Assembly: GCA_040954595.2 (NCBI GenBank)
Contig: CM082579.2
Span: forward strand, 8,235,625-8,299,624
DNA length: 64,000 nt
Direction of reading: 5' to 3'
DNA from: Balanoglossus misakiensis
Taxonomy: Eukaryota > Animalia > Hemichordata
Part shown: one piece after another, positions 30,955 through 44,803 of the stretch
Layout: every line of letters begins with the position of its first letter
Position numbering within the stretch: the first letter of the stretch is position 1
Position numbers and translations under genes: made by a program
Notes under the pieces: generated by a model
The model's database searches: none
What the model saw: only the letters and a program-made list of their open reading frames with translations
Told to the model about the DNA's origin: nothing

Positions 30955-33900
30955 CTAGTGCATGACGTGCGTCAAGACGACGGAAATGATCAGGAGAATT
31001 GTAGACGCGCACGTGATACACGAAGAGGATACGTCTTCAGACGGATATTCGAATCGCCCTAGGACCGCGTAATGGTCGGCGAGATCGGTGATGGTTTGGT
31101 TTCGTCTGCACCTGCTGTCGTACGGGTACAGGTGTCCACTGAAGACCCTGATGCCGTCGTAGCAGATGGTGAAGGGATCGTCGTCGGCGTATTTGACCGA
31201 CTCCTGCGATGCAGACGTCGGCAGCAGGTGCGCGTAGCTGTAGAGGACGTAATCGATCCAGGAGCCCGGCAGCCAATCGCGGTTTTCTGCGCAGCCTTGC
31301 GGGTCGTCGCCCTCGTAGTGCATGTCGTTGTAGCACTTGTCGCTGGTGACGTTGATGGAGCCGATGATCTCGGGCAGAGTCGATTCGAGTGCCAGCAGCA
31401 TGGCTTCTAGATTTTCCGGCTCGTCGTATATGTTGGTATTCAGGTCACCCCCGTAGATGACCGCCTCGCCCTTCGGGACGTCCTGCCTCAGCATCAGCTC
31501 GTGCATTTCTATGGTTTGGTTCAGTCTGGCCTCGTCCCCGCCGCGGCTCGTGTCGCCGGCCTGTAGGTGAGTTCCCAGTACGTGGTATTTTCTCGTTTTG
31601 CCGTCGACCGACTTTTCTATCTCCGCGTAGGTAGACCCCTTCGCTGCCATGGCGTCGTCGGAAGGGGCTATCTTGCTTTCGTAGACGGTTTCGTCCCATC
31701 GGACAATCGGCCATCTTGAGGCGATGAAGACGCCGCCATTTTCCAGCGGCCACAGAAGATCTTCGCCAACGGTTCCGGTGTAATACTTGAAGCCATAGTA
31801 TTCCATAATCTGGCGGAAAGATGCGCCGTCGCGGGCGAAACATCCTCCCATGAAGGCTTCGTTGAAGATGATGGCGTCGAGGTCGCCGTGGCGAGTGAAA
31901 ATCTCAGGGAGGATTCTGCACGTGCGCTCGCTCTGACCACTCTGGTAGTACATGTAGCGGAGCTCGTACACGTTGTACGCCAACACTTTGAAGGTGGTCG
32001 CCGGTGTTGGATCGGGTAGCGTAATCTCTGGTACGGCACACAGAACGTTCTGACCGGGATAGACGTAGCAGTAGTCCCACGTATTATAGCTAGCACTGCA
32101 GACGTATTCAAGTCCAAACATAGCGCAGTAATCTTCTGTTAAATCACACTCATTGGTCGTATATCCTATGAACAGAAAAATTGACGTTTTCGTACGTTTA
32201 TTACAAATAGCTTTCATTACAATCACGGACTCTCTCGGACAATGTTCATCGCTTCTCCTGACCACAACGATTACATTTCTTTATTGATATATGACAGGAA
32301 ATAATAGGAATAGTTTTATCAAATTTAATTCGATTATTGAAAATGTACGTAGATATTGTAGGATTTTACACTGTTAATTACTCGTTAGGAAATAATAATT
32401 GCTTACCAAGCCAAACTTTAGGTCTGGCATCGTTACACTCAGCTGAAAAAGTAAGAAGAAGAACATGAGGATATTAATTTGGGTTTCGAACTATTGTACA
32501 GGCTTTAAAATGTAACTTATGGTGCTTAAGTTGTTATATCCCAAATTCATATCTCGTCCATCCCGATAGAGGTCACTACGCAAAAATGAACTTAGCATTA
32601 TATTTCAGCACATTGGTAATTTTTGGTTTCTATAATGTATTAGTGATTTCTAACAAGATACAATTACACGGATTGTTATTTTTCATATTGGTCGCGACTT
32701 ACCAGGAATTGGTTCTTGGGTTGGGTTTGGCACGGGGTCAATTGTGCTACTGAAATCGAAAACGCCCAGCACTGCGTAGTGATCGGCTAAATCCGTGATG
32801 TTCCAGGAGTCTCGACACCCTTCTTGGTAAGCGTAATAGTGCTCGCCTAATTTGATGGGCGGGTTAATCGGTCCGACAGGCTCATCGGACCGCGATATCG
32901 GAACGGCAGACATGCAAGGCTCGAAAGGCTCGGAGGCCACGTACTTGATCGACTCCTGGGTGGCGCTGCTCGGCATGGAGTGTTGGTTGCTGTACAGGAC
33001 GTAGTCGATCCACTTTCCTCCCGTGCCCGGCGTGCTTCTGACGTCATTGTTTTCGTAGTCGTACGTCACATTCAAGTCTCCCACGATATCAGGCAGGTTG
33101 GACTCAAGGACCAGCAGCATTTGGTCCATTCGGCCGTTGGGGTCGTCGAGTGCAGTGTTCAGGTCACCGGCGAAGATGACGGGCTCGTTCGCGGGTATGT
33201 TCTGCTCCTTCATGAGGGTGTGCATCTCTTTGGCCTGCGCCGGCCTGACCTCCTCTCCCCTCTCGCCGGCGCTGGCTTGCAGATGGGTACCTAGGACGTG
33301 ATAAACTCTCGTCTGGGAATCAACTGTCTTTTCTATCTTCACGTACACGGCGCCCTTGTTGGAAAGATTATCGGGAGATGGTTCGACCGCGTGCTCGTAC
33401 ACAGTCTCGGCTTCGGCCAGTATTGGCCAACGGGACGCGATGAAGACGCCGCCATTTTCGAAAGCAGTGATATTCAGAGACGGATTTGGTGGCATTGGAA
33501 GGAGGGACTGATCTTCCCCGACCGTCTTCGTGTAGTGACTGAAGCCGTACTGAGTCAGCATGTCTCGGAGAGAAATGCCGTCAAACGGGAAACAGCCGCC
33601 CATGAAAACTTCGTTGAAAACGATGACGTCGACATCACCATGACGATCGAATAGCACCTGTGGAATTCGACAAGTTCTCTCATATTGCCCCTTCTGGTAG
33701 TAAGAGTACCGCAGCTCCCAGACGTTGTAAGCCAAGACTTTCAGCGTCGTGGCCGGGGTGGGGTCGGCCAAGGTTACATTCGGGGATGCGCAGATCACGT
33801 TGACCCCCTTACCTAAACATTCGTGCCTATTACCATACTCTTCCTCGCACAGATAGTCCAACCCGAACAAGGAACAGTAAGAAGGGTCAAGATCACATTC

Positions 33901-35161
33901 TGAAGTTGCGTCACCTGAAAATGAATAGAATAAATTTATGAATGAATGAATGAATGAATGAATGAATGAATGAATGAATGAATGAATGAATGAATGAATG
34001 AATACCCTGTTCGCAAACGTTAACTTGTACGTACGTTGAAAAAAATGCGCTAAAACTTGTGGTATACTTGGCGGGAGGCCATTGCTTATACACTCACCTA
34101 ATTTAACTTGAGGTCTTGGGTCATCAGGACATGTCGTACCTATAAATTAAACACAATTGAATATGATGTGCAGTGTATAAGATGTAACTCCTGTTGCTAC
34201 CGACATCTTGTATTCTCTGATTACATTTGAAGGATTTCAAAGTCTCTTACACCTTTCAGGTATCAGTTGTGAGGAGAATACGTGATTGACATAAAAATGC
34301 CATTCGTAGAAATCGCATAACTTTTTTGGATAACATACTTTGCAACAGTGTGACATTGCTTCATTTTGCGCTCGCGACGTTGGCAAGAAAATAATATCGT
34401 GACATTCATTTTCATTCGACAGAATAGCTTACGTTTAGTTTCTATTCTTTTATATTATCGACAGGTAGACGTGTGCAATCTGCTGGACGTTACATAAACC
34501 TCAAGGGAGATATGATGAGAGTGTTGCCGACTATTGTACGTTGACCCTAGCCAGATTTTAGCATGGTCTGATCCGACTGTACCTCCTATCAGTAAGGGCA
34601 AGGTGCGATATACATTGAAGCTATATAGTGTCTATGTAGTGTCGTGAATATGAAGTTTTAAAGTTTAATTGGTACTCTACAAAAACGCTGTAAATCGGGT
34701 GGGCACTATTGGAGATATCGCCCACATTGACCCACTTTAAAAGAGCATCGTCTGTGTTTAACAACTGATGGTGTCCTGTGATATGGATGAGAATGCACAA
34801 CTTCAATTAAACTGTCTTTCTCCCACATAGTACGCTAACTGATTTTTTGTTCGAACCCAGAGACTTTCACAGTACAAAAAACGTATTCATGGCTTACAAA
34901 ACGCGCTGGAGTCAAAATAAGTCAGGTCTGCTGAGTCGATATAAAGATCGCTTCTTATATCCCAGGTACACCATCAGTAGCAAGCTGCGTCTCTTACACT
35001 CAAACTTCCCGTACCCCTTTCTTACAGTTACCGGTTTCCTCAGTGTAGCAACCCCAATGGCATGGGACAGACGGTTCAGGAAAATACTCACCTCCTAATG
35101 ACAGGACTTGGAAACAAACCAAAGCGAAGAGCAGAGCTGATGAAGTCCTTGAGAGCGACAT
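30955..35161 (-). CDS. Gene F: tandem two-domain sphingomyelinase C-like protein, ~856 aa
   Basis: Exons: 35161-35092 (MSLSRTSSALLFALVCFQVLSLG), 34139-34098 (GTTCPDDPRPQVKLG), 33914-32703, 32442-32407, 32165-30955 (ends TILLIISVVLTHVMH*); total 2571 nt. Its 70/42-nt first exons match gene E. Confidence 0.85.
33938..34003. repeat. (TGAA)n microsatellite, intronic
   Basis: Visible directly. Confidence 0.93.
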
Positions 35162-35441
35162 CTCACCCACCGTGCTGCACTTCACGTCCGTCGAAGCCAC
35201 AGCCTTAGTCCAAGCAAGGTAATTAACCGTATATGTACGAGTGTCAGAGGGTGTTATCAGGGCAGCTGCGATTCGCAGTGATGCGGCATGTGATAGGCAG
35301 TGGTGGGTATCAGTAAAATATTGATGATCTAACAATGCAGTGGCCCTGCACTTTGGTATCTGTTGTGTAAAATAAAAGTGGCTGCCGTGTATTACCTTTA
35401 CGCAAGAGGGGGAGACATCGACTTTCGTGCACCCATTTAAA

Positions 35442-35893
35442 TTAAAGGGGAGGGTCGTCTGAACTGCGCGTGCGCGACTTCTCTAATTATAAAAAATACC
35501 ATCGCCATTGTTCCTATTGTTCATGGAGACCCTGCCAACCAATGTACATGTTATATCAAAGTAACTTGGAAATGTGATAAAAAGTAACGATGCATTTATA
35601 AACAACTTTGCACTGCTTTGTGTGCTATGATGTACATTGTTGTTGGTGTTACGAGTTGCGCCTACTTTGTCTTTTTAACCGAACATGAACTACATTTACT
35701 CCCGCGATTCGAGAAAGATTGGAAAATACAAATTAGCAATACATAGTCGTGAAACTCGTTGAGAATAATATGTTCACACAACATTACATACCACAGCACT
35801 TCAATTTGGACTGAGTGGAGGCACTCGTAGGATCTATCAGTTAACGAGCATGTCATTCAGATAGACAAGTGCGATGACCCTCTTCTGCTTTAG
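35442..35893. mobile_element. Possible degenerate TTAA-flanked (Kolobok-like) non-autonomous element
   Basis: Left TTAA-AGGGGAGGGTCGTC and right GATGACCCTCTTCTGCT-TTAG form imperfect inverted ends. Confidence 0.3.
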
Positions 35894-36574
35894 GTATGGA
35901 AACTTTGCGTGGAAAAAAGTGTGCTAAAGTTCAATGCGTCCGACAAAGTCAAAGTCCGCAACGAGCCAGATATATATTTATTAGAAAGGTTCCATTGTAC
36001 AGAGATCACGATTGTTATTATTTGCTAAAGGGGGAGGTTACATAATCGACGACATTGGTTGATATGTAGTGTCATCTGCGAAATGGGTTACCCAGTAATC
36101 GGTCATACATTTGAAGGGCACATTCTTTTGATTAATAAACCACAAGGACGATGCTATCAAATGTTAATTGAAAATGTACCAGTGACTACTTCTACTTGGG
36201 ATGCTATTGTGTCCGTTGTTTTTTTCAATACGCACCCGTAGATATGGGCGGAATAGTACTAGTATTTCATTTGCACACAGCAAACTGCATGCGTAAGCAT
36301 TTGTGAAGCTTAAATTTTGCAATCCTTTTAGAATCATTTGCTCATATAGCTTTCATTATACGGACGCTGATAATTTATTGACTACATCTGTAGAGGTTTT
36401 AGTCAATCCGATGGATTCTTACCACCGGAAGTACGGGGATGTAAGGTCATGTAGGGGTCACGAAAATGGCCTATTGAAATAACTATGTATTACGATGAAA
36501 AACAATATGTTGTTTTCAACTCATGATCAGATTATACGCGTAAATAACTAGCTACAGCACAACGAAATTAATTG

Positions 36575-39500
36575 TTACTCATATACTGTTCCCGCATATA
36601 CAATTGCCACAGCAACGGACAATATAAACGCAACAAAGGACGACGTTGTCTTTGCAGACTTCGATACGTCCCCGTCGACACTATACTGAAAACGTCCGAT
36701 GACAGCATAGTGCTCGGCCAAGTCGGTGATGGTTCGCGGCGAATTGCAATCGTCCTCGTATGGATAAATGTGTCCCCTCAGCAATTTGAGGCGATCCAGA
36801 CACACATCGAACGAGTCGTCGACGAACTTGACGGATTCCTGCGTTGCAGTTATTGGCTTCTGGTGGGCGTGGCTGTAGACCAGGTAGTCAACCCAAGCAC
36901 CGGGCAACCAGTTGAGCTCTTTAGCGCAGGCTTCTGGGTCGGCGGCGCCTTCGTAGGTGATGTCGTTGTAGCAGTCGTCTGTGGTGACGTTGATGTTTCC
37001 TTCGCGGAGAGGGAGGTGCGCCTCCAGGGCCTCGAGCATGGCGTCCAGTTGGTCTCTCTTGTCGTATATGTCGTTGTTGAAGTTCCCCCCGTAGACAACC
37101 GCCTCGCTGGCGGGGATGTCCTGTTCAATCATCAGCTGGTGCATTTCTTTGGTCTGGTTCAGCCTGGCCTCGTCGCCGCCGCGGGCATCGTCACCCGCGT
37201 GCAGATGAGTGCCCAGCACGTGGTACTTTCTTGTCATCCCGCTGACCGATTTCTGAATCTCCGCGTAGACCGCTCCCCTGGCCGCGAAGGCATCGTCGGA
37301 GGGGGTCACCTTGCTCTCGTAGACCGTCTCGGCCCAGCTGAGTATGGGCCACCGAGAGGCGACGAAGACCCCGCCGCTCTCCGGCGGCAGCAGGGTTCTC
37401 TCTCCGACCGTGCCGGTGAAATAGTTAAAGCCGTAGTAATCCATGATTTGACGGAACGAGGCGCCGTCGCCCGCGAAACAACCGCCCATGAAGGCTTCGT
37501 TGAAAATAATTGCGTCGAGGTCCCCATGTCTCCTGAAGATCTCAGGCAGAATTCGGCACGTGCGTTCGTGTTGTCCGTTTTGATAGTAGAGGTATCGCAG
37601 TTCCCAGACGTCGTACGTTAATATCTTGAAGGTAGACGCCGGTGTCGGGTCGGACAGCGCAATCTCCGGTACTGAACACAGCACGTTCTCGCCGGAGAAA
37701 ACGTAGCAGCGGTCTACCGTGTCGTAGCGTGCGCTGCAAATGTACTCCAGTCCAAACATCTCACAGTGTTCCGGCGTCAGGTCACACTCGTTTGTTGCAT
37801 AACCTGAGAGAAATCAAAGAACAAAAATGTCTGATATATTTCTATAATTGCAGGATGAAAGTTATGCTTATTACATGATGACATAATTAACGGTAATAAT
37901 TCAATCATACGCATAAGAATATTTACCAACATAGAACGGTAAAAACAGTGGTAAACATTTAAAACATTAAAAAATACCTTAATTATACTTACCGAGCCAT
38001 ACTTGAGGCCTTTTGTTTATCGTACACTCCTCTGTGAAGAGAGGCATTAAAGTCATTGTGTTAGAAAGAATCGCATTCTTAGAAATGTCTATAATATGCA
38101 GTCTGTCACGAAATATCCTATTCATTTAGATCTTTGCTCGGTCGTCTATTAATGTGTGAGAAATTCCCAAGGTAACTTTGCAGTGGTTTTAATAACTTAT
38201 ATTTTGTAAATGTCAACTTTTTTTTCATGGGGTTTGTTGTTCTTTGGTGTCACTTCTGCGTCTTCACTGATAAATTTCTACCTACCTGGAATGGACGGAA
38301 GGGTCGGCAGCGGTAATGGATCGCTGATGGGATCGCTGAAGTCGAATACACCCAACACCGCATAGTGGTCGGATAGATCAGTCAGGTTCCAGGAGTCTCG
38401 ACAGCGTTCCTGGTAGGCGTAGTAGTGCTCGCCGAGCTGAATGGGAATCGGTATCGTGATGGGACCTATCTGGATGGGCTCTTCCCTGGAGGATATCGGT
38501 ATGGCTGCCATGCACGGCTCGAACGGTTCTGCAGCGACGTACTTGATCGACTCCTGGCTGGCGGCGTTGGGCATCAGGTGCTGGTTGCTGTAGATGACGT
38601 AATCGAGCCACGTGCCTCCCGGCGCGGGGTCGCGGTGGACGTCGTTGTCCTCGTAGTCGTACGTGTAGTTCAGCCGGCCGACGACGCCGGGCATGCTGGC
38701 CTGCAGGACCTCCAGCATCTGGTCCCACCTGCCGTACGCGTCGTACAGATCGGTGTTCAAGTCGCCGGCATAGATGACAGGCTCGCCGGTGGGGATGTTT
38801 TGTTCCTCCATCAGCAGACGCATCTCCTGCGCTTGCAGGGCGCGCACCTCATCTCCCACGAAGTTGGCCGCCTCTCTGAACCCAGCCTGGAGGTGAGTCC
38901 CCAGGATGTGGTACACCCTCTTCTCAGAGCCGTCGTCTTTCTCAATTTTCGCGTAGACGGCCCCCTTGTTCGCCAGAGCGTCCGGGGACGGCCGCACGGC
39001 GTTGTCGTACACTTTCTCGGCTTCTGCGAGAATGGGCCAGCGGGAGGCGATGAAGACGCCGCCGTTCTCAATGGCCGTGAAGTCCGGGGGAAAGTTCGGA
39101 GGAAGCGCGATGTCTTCGGGGTCCAGCGGCAGGAGGGACGTGTCCTCCCCGACCGTCTTGGTGAAGTAGCCGAAACCGTACTGTTTCAAAACATCGCGGA
39201 GGGACAGGCCATTGGCGGCGAAGCAGCCACCCATGAAGACTTCGTTGAACACGATCACGTCCACATCGCCGTGAGCGTCAAAAATCGCCTGCGGAATCCG
39301 ACAGGTGCGTTCGTACTGCCCCCTCTGGTAGTAGACGTAGCTGAGCTCCCAGACGTTGTACGCCAGGACTTTCAGCGTGGTTGCCGGTGTCGCTGGCGGC
39401 AGCGTCCGGTCCGGGGATGCACACAGCACGTTGTGGTCGGTTACGCCAACGCCGCCACAGCTGTGGCTGTTGGCATAGGCTTGTGAGCACACGTAGTCCA

Positions 39501-42500
39501 AGCCAAACATGGCGCAGTAAGAAGCATCGAGGTTGCACTCGGATGTCGCATCTCCTGTAAAATGCAACAGAGACAATTAACAGGAAAACCGACATAATCG
39601 ACAATTTAATGGTAACTGACGAATTGAATAAAAAAATTGTCATGTATTTCTTAAAATATTGTGCCTTACCCAACCATACTTGTGGTCTGGAGTCTTCACA
39701 AGGGATGTCTGGAAAATAGAAATACAAAATAAATCACCAAACGTAAAATACACAAATCATAACATCTTGCATCTGTGGCCAAAAGTGACACAAGCATTCT
39801 TGCACATATAAAATTCAGTGTAATAAAGTAACCCTACTACTATACTGAAACTTTATCTCGAATCCAAAAATCAAAACATTCTACGAATGCTCGTGTAGGG
39901 GTATTGGGGCCCGATACTCTGTTCCATGCCTACACTTCTGAACGTCTACATTGTCGCTTGTCAAATTATAGGTAAATGCAAAACCACGGTCGACTGACCG
40001 TGGCCAATCATACCAAAATCGAAACGACCAAGAACGGCGTAATGGTCCGATAGATCGCTGATCTCTCTCGATGAGTTACACCTGCCATCGTACGGATAGA
40101 TGTGACCACCAAAGAGTTTGATGTCGTCCATGCACACGGCGAACGGGACATCACCGACGTATTTGACCGACTCTTGGCTGGCGTACACCGGCTGGAGGTG
40201 GGAGTAGCTGTAGAGGACATAGTCTATCCAGGAGCCGGTCAGCCAGTTGCGATCCCGGGCGCATCCCACCGGGTCATCGCCCTCGTAGTTGATGTCGTTG
40301 TAGCACTTGTCGCTGGTGACGTTGATGCTCCCTTCCGTCGGCGGAAGATTGGCCTCCAGAGAGTCTAGCATCTCCTGCAAGTATTCGGGCTTGGTGTAGA
40401 AGTCGTTGTTGAGGTCTCCCCCGTAGATGACCGCCTCGTTGCTGGGGATGTTCTGGTCCAGCATCAGCTGGTGCATCTCTTTGGTCTGGTTCACCCTGGC
40501 CTCGTTCCCGCCGCGGTCGCTGTCGCCCGCCTGCAGGTGAGTGCCCAGGACGTGGTATTTCCTGGTCAGCCCGCCGACCGACTTGTGGATCTCGGCGTAG
40601 ATCGCTCCCTTGGCCGCCATGGCGTCGTCGGACGGGGCGATGACGCTCTCGTACACGGTCTCGTCCCACCTGACGATGGGCCACCGCGAGGCGACAAAGA
40701 CTCCGCCGTTCTCCGGGGGCAGGACGAGGTTTTCGCCCACAGTTCCCGTGTAGTATTTGAAATCGTAGTACTCCAGAATCTGTCGGAAAGACGCGCCGTC
40801 CTCGGCGAAGCAGCCGCCCATGAAGGCTTCGTTGAAGATGATGGCGTCGAGGTCGCCGTGTCGAGTAAAGATTTCGGGAAGGATTCTGCACGTTCGTTCG
40901 TACTGACCACTTTGGTAGTACAGGTAGCGGAGCTCGTACACGTTGTACGACAGCACCTTGAAGATCGTTGCCGGCGTCGGGTCGGGCAGGGTGACCTCGG
41001 GTACCGCGCATAAAACGTTCTGACCGGTTTTCACGTAGCAGTTGTCCCAGGTGTTGTAGGCAGCGCTGCAGACGTACTCCAATCCGAACATGGCGCAGTG
41101 GTCTCGTGTCAAATCACACTCATCGGTAGCGTACCCTAGGCACAGAAATAGAAAGTAGTCCTATTTTGTCAGTTTCTTTTAGTCTATATTTGAACTTATT
41201 TATTTGCACCTCCAAGATAGATAATCGATATAAACAAATAATTTCACATCCTACTTACCAAGCCATACTTGAGGTCTCTCGTCATTGCACTCCTCTACAT
41301 TCAAAAGACAGAAGAAAAAACAATCAATTATCAACCTGAAGGTCAAAACGTTACATGCAATTTCTTGTGGTTATAGTCTCTCAAAGTTATAGGTAACCTG
41401 TCCCCCTGTTCAGGCCATTTAATTTATGCCTGCACATCATTAAAACTTTGCCTTTGTAAATAATTGTGTTTGCAATTAAATGTGTTAAATGACAACCTGG
41501 GTAATACAGTTCTATACGTGGATTGATTACCTGGAATGGGTGCTGGAGTAGGATTGGGAACAGGTTCGATGGGTTTACTGAAATCAAAGACGCCAAGTAC
41601 CGCATAGTGGTCTGATAGGTCGGTCACGTTCCAAGAATCTAGACATTTCGCGTCATAAGGGTAGCGGTAGCTGCCGAACTCTATAGGGATTGGCAGCTCG
41701 ATGGGACCGATTTTAATCGGTTCATCGCGTTGTGATATCGGCGAGGCTCGCATGCACGGCACAAACGGCTCCGCTGAGACGTACTTCACCGACTCCAGGC
41801 TGGCGTCGTTTGGCATCAGGTGCTGGTTGCTGTAGACGACGTAATCGATCCACGTCCCTCCAGTGCCCGGGTCCGCTCTGACGTCATTGTTCTCGTAGTC
41901 GAAGGTCACGTTCAGCTCGCCTATAATTTCGGGCATGTTGGCTTCTAGGACGTCTAGCATCTGCTCCCAGCGACCGTTCGTGCCGTACAGGTTGGTGTTC
42001 AGGTCGCCGGCATAAACGACAGGTTCGTCCATTGGTATGTTCTGTTCCTCCATGAACAGCTGCATTTCTCGCGCTTGCAGTGTGCGTATCTCATCGCCCC
42101 GTCCGTCGTCCAATCCAGCCTGAAGATGCGTGCCAAAGACGTGGTACACTTTCTTGAGAGAACCGTCGTCTTTTTCTATTTTTGCGTAGGCAACGCCCTT
42201 GTTGGACACCACACTCACGAGGTGGTTGTCGAACACCTTCTCTGCCTCGGCGAGGATTGGCCAACGAGAGGCGATGAAAATGCCGCCGTTCTCTACACCG
42301 GAGACGTCGGGTCCCGCCGTGGGCGGCAGGTTCTCCGGGTCCGGAGGGAGTGGGAGGGGGAGGAGGGATTTGTCTTCGCCGACGGTTTTTGTGAAGTGCC
42401 CGAAGCCGTACTGCGCCAGCATGTCGCGGAGCGATATGCCGTCAAACGGGAAACAGCCGCCCATGAACACTTCGTTGAAAACGATGACGTCCACGTCGGC

Positions 42501-44803
42501 GTGCTGATCGAAGATTTTCTGGGGGATTCGGCACGTTCGCTCGTGCTGTCCGCTCTGGTAGTACGTGTATCTCAGCTCCCAGACGTTGTAGGCCAGGACT
42601 TTCAAGGTCGTCGCCGAGGTTGGAGCTGGCAGGTCCTTATTCGGCGATGCGCATAAGACGTTATGGTCGCCCTCTCCCCGACACGAATCGCCGAGTCTGT
42701 AATCCGAAGTGCAGACGAAATCTAACCCGAAGAAGTCGCAATACGAACTGTCAACGGCACATTCAGATGTCGCCTCCGCTGAATGGGAAATGGGTATACA
42801 GAAAGTTACATAAAGATATGTTTATATATGCATCCATACCCATGGTACGAGTAACGTTCTCCCAGTTTGTGTACAGAAGGAGACAAATTCTCTCTTTTAG
42901 TAAACAGAGCAATTTTGAAATGAGAGCTGCTTATCACCTATATCAAGCATTGCACTTACCTAGCCATACTTGCGGTCGAGAATCACTGCACTGTGCGTCT
43001 GTAAAATAATATATGTAAGTCAATGACTTAATCATTGTTGATATTTGAATGAAAAAAAAAACAAAACATGCCCGTGCGGATGGGTGGCAGAGGGCCCTGG
43101 AGACATTGTATTGGGTGTAGACGTACTTTATTCTGCCAGAAAACGCCCTCTGACAAATAAGCGCCTTTGTATGTAGCGCAAGTTTTTCTTCTGAAAAGGC
43201 TAGTGTTGTGCCCAAGTTTGTCGTTGTCGCTGAGGGCACACTTGTACAGAGGGATGTACTAGTCCAGTAGTCAGTGCGCAAACCACGGTCATCTTTGTGG
43301 CATGGCCGTGTGCAAGCAAATAAACCCGATGGGTACGTTCATTGTGTTGGCTTCGGGGTTTACTGTTGCCGTGGTTTCATTGACGTCACGCAGTATGTTA
43401 CTCTATCCGACTTGTTCAATATTTTGTTCAATATGAAAACAAAATAATTTTAACGTCCCCGTGTTAGCTGTAAATATATCTCGAGGGTCTCGCCGATCTC
43501 TATTGTCGCATATATGGGCAACCAAAATTTAAAGGCAAACCTAGTAGACGAAGAAGACAATGCAATCAAAATTTTACGAGGTCGACGCCACTTCAAAAAC
43601 GATGCTCACACTGATAACCTGGGAGAGGCCCATCCCCTGTTGTGACAAGGCGTTATCACTATGAAATATGCCGTTGTACCATTTTTTGTTTACCTAATCA
43701 GGTCAATGTACAACAAAAATAACTGTGACGTTTTACATTTTTGTTTTTCGCGACTTCGATGTTCTGAAATTTAGCGTTCGTTCCGAGTTGAACATTAATC
43801 TGTTGCCATTTCTCACGCATTAATCCAAACTTTTGTCTTGTACGTCCAAATATCCAATAGATGGGTAAGACACCTCATTGGTCAATAGATAACCCGCCTT
43901 TATACCGGTACAAACTATTCTCGTGCGCCACTTGCCGCATTGGGCCAAACGTACCTTATGTCGGTGAGGGCGTAAGGTCTTTTTGAAAACTGAAGAAAAA
44001 TCTTATTTAAATGACAGACTTAAAACTCGGCAAAGGTGTGTCCTATGTATTGTTTCGTAGGACAAGATACACATCATACGCTCTTAACTTCAAGTAGTCA
44101 ACAAACTCATGTAAGCCGCACGTGACTGAACCGTGGAATGTTGAAAGAAATGCTCTATCTTGTCTTCACAAATAGACACAGCACTGATAACAAATCCAAT
44201 AAATTAGTATGAATCGACACCTCTACCTCGGAGATGCAGATTGCTGAACCAGAGTTTTACTAAAATGGCCTGTCGTTTGATTTAGGGGGCGTTGCCGACT
44301 TGTTTTACGCTGACTTTTGCGCTGCGTTTCAGAATCGTCGACTTCTAGAATCGTGACACGTCCAAAACTCTTCTTCACGACCATCAAACATGCGATCGAA
44401 AATATTCCAATAAGTGTATCCAAGTCTAAAATTCGATAGCAACAAAAGGCACGCAGTGGCATAAACTTTGTGTTTGTTTCTCACCAGAAAACAAAACAGG
44501 CTTCCATGGCTACTCGTGTTAACATGGGTTAGGAATTGTTAGATTTTTCCCTAATACCGGATAGAATGGCAAAAAAGGCTTAAACATATGTCTTAGATGA
44601 TAAAGTCAAACTATTTCGCTCGCTAAACTAGCGCAATTTAGAATTTGCTGGTGTCTCTAGGTTTGTAACGATGTAAATAAGAAGAGGGACTCGGATGTTA
44701 CCATGGAAATTGGCCATAATCCGAATGGTCATCACCTACCACAGAAAACTGGTCCGAGGACACACAGGGACGCCAAGAGAAGCAAATCCGATAACGTCCA
44801 CAT
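36575..44803 (-). CDS. Gene G: four-domain (I-II-I-II) sphingomyelinase C-like protein, ~1694 aa, last domain catalytically altered
   Basis: Exons: 44803-44740 (MWTLSDLLLLASLCVLGPVFC), 42998-42960, 42778-41531, 41294-41259, 41135-40014 (alternative donor at 39999), 39708-39670, 39554-38286, 38031-37993, 37803-36575 (ends FVAFILSVAVAIVYAGTVYE*); total 5085 nt. No signal-peptide exon was seen in the ~250 bp between 39709 and 39960, and the second domain lacks the usual long hydrophobic tail. Confidence 0.72.

Noticed and set aside
44227-44269. Possible extra small exon in gene G intron 1
   Set aside because: The 43-nt version breaks the frame; the 33-nt version has weak sites and no paralogous support.
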